A DNA stretch of 64,000 nucleotides from Gammaproteobacteria bacterium. GTDB lineage: Bacteria > Pseudomonadota > Gammaproteobacteria > GCA-001735895. Below are positions 39,903-49,505 of this stretch, piece by piece (positions within the stretch are counted from its first letter, which is position 1; each line of letters begins with the position of its first letter). Under the pieces are notes generated by a model. It was given only the letters and a program-made list of their open reading frames with translations. It was not told where the DNA came from and did no database searches. The stretch is from NCBI GenBank assembly GCA_024225395.1, contig JAAEMR010000044.1, positions 8,132 through 72,131 of the forward strand, in the 5' to 3' direction. The translations under genes were made by a program, and so were the position numbers.

Positions 39903-42900
39903 GGAATAAATTGATTGCAGGTTTGGTCATGGCATGCCAGCTATATTTTCTGGTAGGAGTTATCTCGGCAGAAGCTGCCAGTCCTTTATTTGTTGAACAC
40001 TCTAATACGAATTTATGGATCGTGGATAAGAATACCGGACAAATGAGCGCATACCGTCATCGAAACGGAGTAAATTTTTGGCTTGAATCATTTGACGATA
40101 CTGTCTATACCCTGGGTTCTAATGAAGTTGCTCTAATCAATAACATGACTAACAGTTCAGATACCCTGTCATCTGATCTAGCCCCGATATCACTGGCTGG
40201 ATTAGGAGAAGCTGATCTGGACACGGCAGGTAATAACGGTATGTTAGCACTAACGGTTACCCCGGAATCCGGTAGTTATAATGAAACTATTATGGTTGAA
40301 ATGGCCGTTAATGTGAATTTAACCAATGAAGGTCCAGTAACATTAAACTGGACAATAAACGGGGATAGTTCCGGGAACTCAACTGGATCATCAACTCTGG
40401 TGCCTGCTTCTGAGTTGCATGATGGCAGATTGTACACACGCTTTTATTTAGTTCTGGACGATCATTACAGTATAACAGTGAAGCTGTTAAATACTGCACA
40501 GAATGAAATTGCATCTAAAACCGTTACTTATGATTTAACCTCTACAGACCCGAAAGGAAAAAGACGTGATACAGATAGTGATGGTTTACCCGATCTGGTC
40601 GAACTGGATATTGGCCTTGACCCCTTAACCGGAGACTGGAAAACCGACAGCGATAATAATGGCTGGAGTGATTTTGATGAATGGTTACGTTCGGCAAATC
40701 TAGGTACTGATGGTTTGCCACTGGATAGCGATAATGACGGCTGGAGTGATTTTGATGAAGACTTGCGTGGTACCGAAAAGAATGATCTGGTTCAGACACT
40801 GGTTGGATCTTCTGCACCAGCTGCCGATACCGAACAATTTCGCAATACACTGAGACTATTTCAGGATATTCCTGCAGCAGATAGATTATACGAAGTAGAA
40901 TATTTAATCGATGTAACCGCCACAGAAATTCAAGCCGATACACAATGGCGACATTTTTCCAGCTACATCCCCGGTAGTGAAATTATTTTTGACTCGGATG
41001 AACTATTAACTATAGATGATATGGATATGGCTGGCAGCAATAAAGCTTCCATACCACCTAGACGAACACTGCAATTGTTCGCTACGTTAATCACTAACGA
41101 CACATTTAGTCACTTACGTCTGCCGGCCAGTCATTCACAAGTTCTTGATATATTGGGTATTAATGAGCAAACCATCAATGTCGGGCAACCCGACGAGAGT
41201 GAGCAAACTCGCAACTGGCACTTTTTGCACTGGTTGGAGACACAAGCTGACCTGACTCCAGTTAATTATGATGCTGGAAATAGCTGGACAACTGTTGACG
41301 AATGGAAAACGGCGTATATCGCTTATTTAGGTAATAATCTGGTGGTCAGTAAAAGCCTGCAAATGAACCTGACAAACACGACCAATACATCGTTATTACT
41401 GAATGTACTAGCCAATGAATATGAGCTTGCAGGTGGTCTGGATTTACCGGTTTTTAATTCCCGACACGGCATCAGTCAGCAAATATTTGATCAATTAAAA
41501 CAGAGCCTCGCCATTCGTGAAAATGGCCGCACGCTGGATGATGTGTACGCTGATTTGCTCACACTGGGCACATCGAATGTTCCTTTTGGTAACAGTCGAG
41601 CTGTGGTGCAATCAGGCATTCAAAACATGCCCTGGCAGCAGGATAGCTTGCATTACCTGTTAGAAATTCTGTCAGATGATTCCGCAGACATGAAGCTGCT
41701 GGCACATATTAGTCGACTGGCATTATTTGCCGATGGTATAGCTGAGCTTGATACAGATTCGACATTGGGTTTGATTTTTTCTGACTCAGATGCTGATACA
41801 ATCAAAAATAATACAGAAATTTTGACTACTGTTTTTTCTCAGTCACTATACCCCTGGCTTTCTGATTCAGATGGTGATCTGGTTTTAGATGCAGTTGATC
41901 CCTGTCCACTGGATGAGCTTAATTCATGTCAGTTAGAAACTCCCGTACTCAGTGTCAGTGGTCCCGGTAATTACAATGTCACAATTATTCGTGGCGAAGG
42001 TGATTACATAGTCGTTACCGTTCAGCTCAACCAGGCAAATGAGCAGGATGTCACAGTCGATTTTGATCTCACCTCGCTATCCGGGGATAGTGCCGTATCG
42101 GGTGTGGATTATGAAGCCATGAGTGGTACCTTATCGATACCTGCCGGCGAGATATCAGCCAGTATCATTATTAATATATTGCCTAAGGACAACATCGGTA
42201 CTGAGAATTTTCACCTGATTCTAAGTAACCCGCAAAATGCCACACTGGGTCAAACAGAATATGCCATCAACGTTGAAACTGAACCGGGTGACAATCCGAA
42301 TTTACAGAGCCTTTTGGTATCTGCGGGTTCATTAGACCCTGTGTTTTCTACCTATACGCAGCTTTATCATGTCAGGGTCAATGCCAGTGACGCAACTATA
42401 AAATTAACACCAACAGCAGAAGATGCCAATGCCACTATTACAGTGAATGGTATTGCTGTGACTTCAGGGACAGAGTCACAGGCTATCGCTCTGAGAGCTG
42501 GTTCTGAGGATGATATTACAGTCATAGTAACTGCTGAAAGTGGACAGTTAATGAGAATCTATACCGTTAGCGTAATTCGCCCGGTACCTATAAGCGACAA
42601 TGCTGATTTAGGGAATCTAAGTCTATCTAGTGGTTTGCTCTCACCAGGTTTTGATTCGGCTACATTAAACTATACGGCTGCGGTTGGCTTTGGCACCACA
42701 TCTATTACGCTGACCCCGACAGCCGCCAATGAAAATGCTGATATAACAGTCAATGGCAACATAACGGCTTCGGGCAATGCCAGCAATAGTATCGATCTAG
42801 ATGAAGGAGACAATATCATTGATGTGGATTTACTGGCTGAAGATGGAGTCACAACCAAAACCTATCGAGTCACCATAACTCGCGCTACTGCAACTCAATT

Positions 42901-45900
42901 TGTGCAGGAAGCTTATATTAAGTCAGCCAGTCCGGATGCCAATGATTTTTTTGGCGTGGGTGATTTTAGCACTGGCTCAAACGGTGGCCATACTGCAAAA
43001 GGACTAGCTATGTCGGGTAATACGCTGGCCATTGCTGTCTCGGGTGAAGACAGCAATTCATCATGGAGCACAACGAACAATAGTTATGCAGAATCGGGTG
43101 CGGTATATATTTTTACCCGAAATATCAACGATAACTGGTCTCAGCAAGCTTATATAAAACCAGATTTAAAAGGTGCTGGTGACCGTTTTGGTAGCAGTCT
43201 TGACCTGGATGGAGATACATTGGTTGTGGGAGCAATAGAAGAGGATTCAAACTCTGCTGGACCTGGTAATAATAGCTCAACAAACTCTGGTGCAGCTTAT
43301 GTTTTCACTCGCACTGGTACCAGTTGGTCACAGCAGGCTTTCCTGAAAGCATCTAATAGTGATGCCTATGATGAGTTTGGAATCAGTGTAGCCGTATCAG
43401 GTGATACGATAGCCGTAGGTGCTCTTGAAGATAGTAGTGCTCAAGGTATTAATGGAAGTCAGACAGATAACGGATCAGTCCAGTCAGGAGCTGTTTATAT
43501 CTTTAGCCGAGAGGCGGATACCTGGTCACAACAGGCTTATATCAAATCGTCAGATTCATCAATAAAATACTGGTTTGGAATTTCTGTATCGCTTGACGGG
43601 CATACCCTGGCGGTTGGTGCAAATCAGGAAAATGGACCAAGTTCTGGTAATGGGGCTGCTTATATCTTTACACGTAGTGGTTTCACCTGGACAGAACAGG
43701 CTATTATTCATGCATCTAATGCAGAGACATCAGATGAATTTGGTAAGTCGGTGAGTATTGATAATGACACTCTGGTCGTTGGTGCACCAGGTGAAGACAG
43801 TAACTCTACAGAAATAGATACTGGGTTGGATGATAATTCTGCCAGTGGTGCCGGTGCAGCTTATGTATTTACCCGTGATAGTGCGGGCATCTGGACACAA
43901 CAGGCTTATCTGAAAGAATCAGCACCTGGACTGGCTTATAATTTTGGTGACAGTGTTTCAGTTTCAAGAAATGCCATTGTTGTAGGAGCCAATGTCTACC
44001 TGCGTAATGATGCAAGCTGGTCTCATTTTGCCACTTACCAACCGGCCAACCCTGATGTCTTAGACTTATTTGCTGCCAATGTTGCCTTATTTGATGAAAC
44101 CATAATAGCCGGTAGCCGACAGGAAGACAGTAATGCTAGTGGTATCAATGGTGATGAAACAGATAATTCATTATCATCCTCCGGTGCAGCTTATGCATTT
44201 AGAATGCCTTCAGATAGCAATACGACATTACATAATAATGCCAATCTTAATGATCTATTACTATCCAATGGCACTCTTTCTGCAGAGTTTGATTCAGCAA
44301 CACTGACTTATACGGCGTCTGTTGGGTATACCACAACAGCCATATCATTAATTCCCTCTCTTGCGGATAAAGATGCCACTGTTACGGTCAATGGTGACTC
44401 TGTAACCTCTAACAAATCTACAGACCCAATAAGTTTAGATGAAGGGCAAAATGAAATTTCTATCACGGTGCTGGCCGAAGACATGTCAACATCACAGACT
44501 TACCTTGTTACTGTGACACGTTTATCAGCCAGTGAATTTGCACAGCAGGTTTATCTTAAAGCATCCAATACCGAGTTGGGTGATAGCTTCGGTTTCAGTG
44601 CTGCTATATCGGGAGATACATTAGTGGTTGGTGCTCCCTATGAGGACAGTCTGGTTTTCGGTAGCTCGGTACAGTTTCATGTGACAGATGAACATGACAA
44701 TTCGGAATTAAACTCTGGAGCGGCTTATGTCTTTGTTCGTGACAGTGATGGAGCATGGAGTCAACAGGCTTATCTGAAAAGTGCTAACTCAAATGCCGGT
44801 GACTACTTTGGTTACAGTGTTGATATTTCAGGAGATACGCTGGTTGTAGGGGCTTATGGTGAAGATAATGCTTATACCGGTATTAATCCTACCAGTGAAA
44901 ATTATGGTAGTGCTAGCAGTCAAAATTCCGGTGCAGCTTATGTTTTCTTAAGAGATGGTGAAGGCATATGGACTCAACAGGCTTATATTAAGGCTAAAGG
45001 CAGTACAAAAAAAGCAGCCGATGATTATTTTGGATACAATGTAACCTTGTCAGGGGATACCCTGGCCGTAAGTCTGCACAATGAAGATAGCTACTCATTG
45101 GGTGATAATCATGGTGCGGTTGAAATCTATGAAAGAACAGGTTCAATCTGGGCCTTCAGTACAACGTTAAATTCCTCTAATGCTGAAGCAGGCGATACAT
45201 TTGGTTATGCGATAGATTTATCTAACGATACGCTTGTCGTCAGCGCAAGACATGAAGATAGTAATGCAACCGGGGTAAATGCTGACGAGTCCAATAATGA
45301 CATGGCTGCATCAGGGGCTGTTTACGTTTTTGTGAAAACGACCGGGGTATGGAGCCAGCAAGCCTATATCAAAGCATCAAATACTGATATAGCGGATATT
45401 TTTGGCAGCAGTGTAGCAATATCCGGAGATATACTGGTCGTGGGTGCTGCATATGAGGAGAGTAGTTCGACGGGCATTAATCAGGATGAATCAGATAACT
45501 CATTAGGCAGTGGAGCAGGGGCTGTTTATGTATTTGAACGTAATACAGGAGTATGGGTTCAGCAAGCCTACATCAAAGCATCTAATACAAATGAGTATGA
45601 CCAGTTTGGTAGCAAAGTAGCTGTATCAGGTGAAACTATCGCCGTTAGTGCAAGAAGGGAAAGAAGTAGTGCCACAGGTATCGGGGGTATTCAAACTGAT
45701 AACTCAGCTGATTACTCTGGCGCGACCTATATTTTTAATCGAGATGTAGATGATAACTGGAGCCAGTCCGCCTATATCAAAGCATCCAATACAGAACAGG
45801 AAGACTACTTTGGTTCCGGGATAGCGCTGGGTGCTGACACCCTCTTTGTTGGAGCAAATGGAGAAGCAAGTGATACAGTGGGTATTAACGGAAGCCAGCA

Positions 45901-45955
45901 AAATGGGACAGGAACCAATTCATCTGGAGCGGGTTATATTTTTTATATTCCCTAG
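39899..45955 (+). CDS. Giant multidomain surface protein (2018 aa) with TSP3-like Ca-binding repeats, a Calx-beta domain, three cadherin-like beta-sandwich domains and about 14 FG-GAP-type repeats
   Basis: DTDSDGLPD…DSDNNGWSDFDE (TSP3-like repeats). Calx-beta segment (…VDFDLTSLSGDSAVSGVDYEAMSGTLSIPAGE…). Three roughly 95-aa repeats (L…S.G.L.P.F…T.YT..V…LTPT….A.ITVNG…). C-terminal half built of FG.SV..SGDTL.VGA..EDS…GIN…DNS….GA.YVF repeats. Confidence 0.8.
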   Translation: MRNKLIAGLVMACQLYFLVGVISAEAASPLFVEHSNTNLWIVDKNTGQMSAYRHRNGVNFWLESFDDTVYTLGSNEVALINNMTNSSDTLSSDLAPISLAGLGEADLDTAGNNGMLALTVTPESGSYNETIMVEMAVNVNLTNEGPVTLNWTINGDSSGNSTGSSTLVPASELHDGRLYTRFYLVLDDHYSITVKLLNTAQNEIASKTVTYDLTSTDPKGKRRDTDSDGLPDLVELDIGLDPLTGDWKTDSDNNGWSDFDEWLRSANLGTDGLPLDSDNDGWSDFDEDLRGTEKNDLVQTLVGSSAPAADTEQFRNTLRLFQDIPAADRLYEVEYLIDVTATEIQADTQWRHFSSYIPGSEIIFDSDELLTIDDMDMAGSNKASIPPRRTLQLFATLITNDTFSHLRLPASHSQVLDILGINEQTINVGQPDESEQTRNWHFLHWLETQADLTPVNYDAGNSWTTVDEWKTAYIAYLGNNLVVSKSLQMNLTNTTNTSLLLNVLANEYELAGGLDLPVFNSRHGISQQIFDQLKQSLAIRENGRTLDDVYADLLTLGTSNVPFGNSRAVVQSGIQNMPWQQDSLHYLLEILSDDSADMKLLAHISRLALFADGIAELDTDSTLGLIFSDSDADTIKNNTEILTTVFSQSLYPWLSDSDGDLVLDAVDPCPLDELNSCQLETPVLSVSGPGNYNVTIIRGEGDYIVVTVQLNQANEQDVTVDFDLTSLSGDSAVSGVDYEAMSGTLSIPAGEISASIIINILPKDNIGTENFHLILSNPQNATLGQTEYAINVETEPGDNPNLQSLLVSAGSLDPVFSTYTQLYHVRVNASDATIKLTPTAEDANATITVNGIAVTSGTESQAIALRAGSEDDITVIVTAESGQLMRIYTVSVIRPVPISDNADLGNLSLSSGLLSPGFDSATLNYTAAVGFGTTSITLTPTAANENADITVNGNITASGNASNSIDLDEGDNIIDVDLLAEDGVTTKTYRVTITRATATQFVQEAYIKSASPDANDFFGVGDFSTGSNGGHTAKGLAMSGNTLAIAVSGEDSNSSWSTTNNSYAESGAVYIFTRNINDNWSQQAYIKPDLKGAGDRFGSSLDLDGDTLVVGAIEEDSNSAGPGNNSSTNSGAAYVFTRTGTSWSQQAFLKASNSDAYDEFGISVAVSGDTIAVGALEDSSAQGINGSQTDNGSVQSGAVYIFSREADTWSQQAYIKSSDSSIKYWFGISVSLDGHTLAVGANQENGPSSGNGAAYIFTRSGFTWTEQAIIHASNAETSDEFGKSVSIDNDTLVVGAPGEDSNSTEIDTGLDDNSASGAGAAYVFTRDSAGIWTQQAYLKESAPGLAYNFGDSVSVSRNAIVVGANVYLRNDASWSHFATYQPANPDVLDLFAANVALFDETIIAGSRQEDSNASGINGDETDNSLSSSGAAYAFRMPSDSNTTLHNNANLNDLLLSNGTLSAEFDSATLTYTASVGYTTTAISLIPSLADKDATVTVNGDSVTSNKSTDPISLDEGQNEISITVLAEDMSTSQTYLVTVTRLSASEFAQQVYLKASNTELGDSFGFSAAISGDTLVVGAPYEDSLVFGSSVQFHVTDEHDNSELNSGAAYVFVRDSDGAWSQQAYLKSANSNAGDYFGYSVDISGDTLVVGAYGEDNAYTGINPTSENYGSASSQNSGAAYVFLRDGEGIWTQQAYIKAKGSTKKAADDYFGYNVTLSGDTLAVSLHNEDSYSLGDNHGAVEIYERTGSIWAFSTTLNSSNAEAGDTFGYAIDLSNDTLVVSARHEDSNATGVNADESNNDMAASGAVYVFVKTTGVWSQQAYIKASNTDIADIFGSSVAISGDILVVGAAYEESSSTGINQDESDNSLGSGAGAVYVFERNTGVWVQQAYIKASNTNEYDQFGSKVAVSGETIAVSARRERSSATGIGGIQTDNSADYSGATYIFNRDVDDNWSQSAYIKASNTEQEDYFGSGIALGADTLFVGANGEASDTVGINGSQQNGTGTNSSGAGYIFYIP

Positions 45956-46143
45956 GAATAAAGGCGAGTTCAACGAAAATTTCTCTCTTGATGGTTCCAG
46001 GCTTTAATTCATGTGGCCACCTATGCAGTCGTACCTACGCCTGTCCATGGGTTGGCCAGTTAAGCCAGGCTCAATAATCCTGTTTTTATGAAATTTGTAG
46101 AAGGGTACGCCATGAGCACCAAATGATTTAAATCGGTTACTTA

Positions 46144-46584
46144 GTGATCGGTATTTAATTCAATCTTAAATATTTTACCAATCGCCTCGATGATTTCCGG
46201 GTTATCCCCTTTATAAGCTCCACGTAGTTTTGTTAAAACTTGACCATGTTCATTCACCAGAAGCGTCAGTGCAATCCTGCTCGAACCCAGCATATTTTCA
46301 AGAAAAAGTTTGCTGTCGAGATAATTTTAAAAGCTTATGCCTGCTTTTCAACTGAACCCTTTTCAGCACGACAGGGGGCACCAACTGACCCAGATGTTGA
46401 TTAACAGCAGCTTACCCTGATATTCAGCAAACGTACTGTTATTAGCATTCAGTCCATCCAGTCTGTTGAATCCCATTACAATCAGTTCGCTAATGGTATA
46501 GGTAGCAAAGCTGAAAACGGTTTTTTCATTGTGATGGATTAGAATACCGGTGGCGATAAGCAGTATTAATTGGGATGGCACCAA
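46144..46584 (-). pseudogene. Decayed thioredoxin-fold thiol:disulfide oxidoreductase (TlpA/redoxin-like) gene
   Basis: The 46363..46584 ORF ends with …LLINIWVSWCPLSC (a WCxxC redox motif) and then stops. Downstream in another frame there is a redoxin-like C-terminal segment (…TLLVNEHGQVLTKLRGAYKG…). Fragmented, with no intact ORF. Confidence 0.4.
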
Positions 46585-46808
46585 CGCAGGGTGTCGTTTA
46601 CCGTTATAAAAGCAGCTTAACCCTGCGGGGGTATGTGTTTAAACCGATAAAGACGTTAGGCAGGGGGGCAATTAATGTGATCCATACTAGAGCAGCTTGG
46701 AACAAGCTGCCATATCATCCGTCATTAAATCTTTTTCTCTTGAAACTTTAACCTTTTTTCAGTCAATCTATACCAGCTACTTTTATATTTATAAAATGTC
46801 AGCGCTAA

Positions 46809-47537
46809 CTAATCCTCATCATAATCAAAAGGTTTAACATTGGCTTTAATAATGCGATAACCGGCCTGCGCTAATTCAGTTTCTGCACCTTCTATCAATA
46901 TTTCACCAATGGCCCAGATGGGGTCATAGATATTGTCGGTTTTTATACCGGAACCTTTTTCCATCTGAATTAACACTGTTTGATTAATGGGTGGTGGAGG
47001 AACATGTATGCAGGCGCCATAATAGGGAACCAGTAAAAACTCAGTCACCAGGCCATCGGTGTTTTCCAGTGGTGTTATAAAACCGGCGAGTTGAACTTTT
47101 TGATGATTCAGTTTTTCATTTATCGGGGCATTCTCAAGTTCTGCCTGAATAGTGCCATATAGTTGCATTGCTTTAGGGTCAGAATCATCCAGTTCTGCTA
47201 ACTGTTCCATATATTTTCCGATGACGACCTCAGGCTGATAATCATCCGGCAGCAACGAGTCCCAGTCTATTCTCTGGTAGGCAGAATCTTCCTCCTGTGA
47301 AGCTGAACTGATAGTTGGAAGCAGGGTATCGGAAGCAGATTGACTGTTATCCGGTGGCGTTGCAGGTTGCTTGTCTGGACTAGTGTTTACCACAGGCTGA
47401 TTCGATTTTTCTTTTGACTGGGGTGTGGCATTGTCAGTATTTGAATCTGCAACTGTTGATTGGCTGTTATTGCAGGATATGAGCTGCAGCCACAGCATAA
47501 GGGTAAAAAGTGCTTTTAGTATACGGGATAGGGTCAT
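46809..47537 (-). CDS. DUF3299-family lipoprotein (ZrgB-like), accessory component of an FtsX-type ABC system
   Basis: Lipobox (LISC). 242 aa. Lies immediately downstream of the FtsX-like permease and ABC ATPase genes in the arrangement typical of DUF3299 loci. Confidence 0.55.
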   Translation of the reverse strand: MTLSRILKALFTLMLWLQLISCNNSQSTVADSNTDNATPQSKEKSNQPVVNTSPDKQPATPPDNSQSASDTLLPTISSASQEEDSAYQRIDWDSLLPDDYQPEVVIGKYMEQLAELDDSDPKAMQLYGTIQAELENAPINEKLNHQKVQLAGFITPLENTDGLVTEFLLVPYYGACIHVPPPPINQTVLIQMEKGSGIKTDNIYDPIWAIGEILIEGAETELAQAGYRIIKANVKPFDYDED

Positions 47538-47550
47538 CGATTAAGTCTCG

Positions 47551-48807
47551 TTATAGTCGTAACATCAGGCCGTCTTGCAGTGAATGTCGATAGGCGATTA
47601 TGCCGGGTATCAGGCTGATCAAAATGGCCACCACCAGGATAACCGCAAGCAGTGTCAATTGTTGCCAGTCAAGGAAAGTAATTTGCAGACTAATTCCAAT
47701 CCAGTCGACAATCAACGGATTGACTGCTATCAGCATACTGTACAGCAGTATCACGCCCATCAGGATTCCCAGGCTCGCTATGATCAGCGTCTCCAGTAAA
47801 AACAGCAGCAAAATATGATAGGGGTGTGCTCCTATCGCTCGCAGAATGGCCATTTCTCGACGTCGCTCATTGAGGCTGGATATTATCGTCGTCAGCATAC
47901 CGATTAAACCGGCAACCAGTACAAATGCCGAGATGACCAGTAAAATGGTTTCGAAGTTACTTAATAAACCCCACAGAGTGGACAATGTAGCACCGGGCAG
48001 GATGGCCAGTAAGGGTTCCTGATCGTAATTGTTGATTTCACGTTGTACACGAAAGGTCTGGATGCGTTTTTTCAAGCCCAGCATAAATGCGGTGATTTCT
48101 TTGGGCTTCAGGTTCATGTTCAGGGTCTGTTCGGCATTTAATCTTAATGGTGAACGGGAGCCTGATTGCCAGTCAATATGGATCGCACTGATGCCTTCCA
48201 GTGGTACATGAACGGTACGATCAACGGGGGTGCCGGTTTTTTTGAGTATGCCTATGACGCGAAACGGTTTGTCGTCATGATCGGCAAACCGGGCAGAAGA
48301 AAGTCCATGTGAAAGCACGATGTTATCACCCAGCTTATAATTCAGCTGGTTGGCTACCGTAGCACCGAGTACGGCCTCGTACACATGATCAAAGACCTTA
48401 CCTTCGGCCAGCTCAATATGACGCTTTCCACCGAATTTGTAGTGCTTGAAATAATCCTGATTGGTGCCGAGTACGCGAAAGCCACGGTGAGAATCCCCCA
48501 GTGAAAGCGGTATCGCCCACTTTACCTTTGGGTGAGTTGATATCTCTTCGAATGATTGCCACGACAGGTTGTTGGTTGCATTACCAATACGAAACACGCT
48601 GTATAGCAGCAGGTTAAGTGGGCCACTGCGGGCACCGACAATGAGGTCGGTCTGCGAAATGGTATTGATGAAATTGCGTTTGGCTTCCTTGCGCACCTGG
48701 TCTACACCGAGCAACAGCATGACACTAATAGCGATGGATAAAATGGTCAGGGACAGACTAAGTCTTCGATTCCAGGCACTTTTGAGAGTCAGTGGTAACA
48801 GTCTCAT
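47551..48807 (-). CDS. ABC transporter permease, FtsX/MacB-like
   Basis: 418 aa. N-terminal TM, a large periplasmic loop, then a C-terminal 3-TM FtsX-type block. Overlaps the ATPase gene by 4 bp. Confidence 0.75.
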   Translation of the reverse strand: MRLLPLTLKSAWNRRLSLSLTILSIAISVMLLLGVDQVRKEAKRNFINTISQTDLIVGARSGPLNLLLYSVFRIGNATNNLSWQSFEEISTHPKVKWAIPLSLGDSHRGFRVLGTNQDYFKHYKFGGKRHIELAEGKVFDHVYEAVLGATVANQLNYKLGDNIVLSHGLSSARFADHDDKPFRVIGILKKTGTPVDRTVHVPLEGISAIHIDWQSGSRSPLRLNAEQTLNMNLKPKEITAFMLGLKKRIQTFRVQREINNYDQEPLLAILPGATLSTLWGLLSNFETILLVISAFVLVAGLIGMLTTIISSLNERRREMAILRAIGAHPYHILLLFLLETLIIASLGILMGVILLYSMLIAVNPLIVDWIGISLQITFLDWQQLTLLAVILVVAILISLIPGIIAYRHSLQDGLMLRL

Positions 48808-49502
48808 GGTGTGTTTTCCAGGAGTATTGAATTGATATCGGCAAGATTAATGCAATGACTAAAGTGTGTGGACAGGTGCTCATCATGACTGACAAAAATC
48901 AAAGTACTGCCGTGCTCGGTGGCCCGGGAAAACAGTAGATCGATAAAACTATCACGGTTCGCTGTATCCAGTGCAGATGTGGGTTCATCGGCGATGACAA
49001 TTTCCGGGTTGCCGATCAATGCTCGTGCTGCAGCGACACGTTGTTGCTGGCCAACGCTTAAATCCATAACATCGCGGGAAATAAGTTCGCCAGGGATCTG
49101 TAACTCATCCAGTAACTGTCTTGCCGTGGTTTCCAGGTCTCCAGCTTTAGACAGGCGATGACGTGAAAAACGACAGGGCAGAATGACATTGTCCATGATG
49201 CCAAGAAAAGGTAGCAGATTGAATTGTTGAAAGATTACGCCCAGGTGGTCAGCACGAAAACGATCGCGCTGGATACTGTTCATGGCGCAAAGATCCTGAC
49301 CCAGGATATTTAGATTGCCCTGGTCAGGCTGGTTGATTCCCGTCAGCAGATTGAGCAGGGTGGTTTTACCGCTGCCGCTCGGTCCCTGAATAAACAGGTG
49401 CTCACCGGCTTTAATATCCAGGTGAGCAATATCCAGCACCGGCCTGCTGCTTCTGGGCCAGCGAAATTGAAGGTTATCAAAGGTGACGACCGACTGCGAC
49501 AT
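48804..49502 (-). CDS. ABC transporter ATP-binding protein (LolD/MacB-ATPase-like)
   Basis: Walker A (GPSGSGKTT), ABC signature (LSVGQQQRVAAARAL) and Walker B (IVIADEPTSALD). Confidence 0.85.
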   Translation of the reverse strand: MSQSVVTFDNLQFRWPRSSRPVLDIAHLDIKAGEHLFIQGPSGSGKTTLLNLLTGINQPDQGNLNILGQDLCAMNSIQRDRFRADHLGVIFQQFNLLPFLGIMDNVILPCRFSRHRLSKAGDLETTARQLLDELQIPGELISRDVMDLSVGQQQRVAAARALIGNPEIVIADEPTSALDTANRDSFIDLLFSRATEHGSTLIFVSHDEHLSTHFSHCINLADINSILLENTP

Positions 49503-49505
49503 GGT

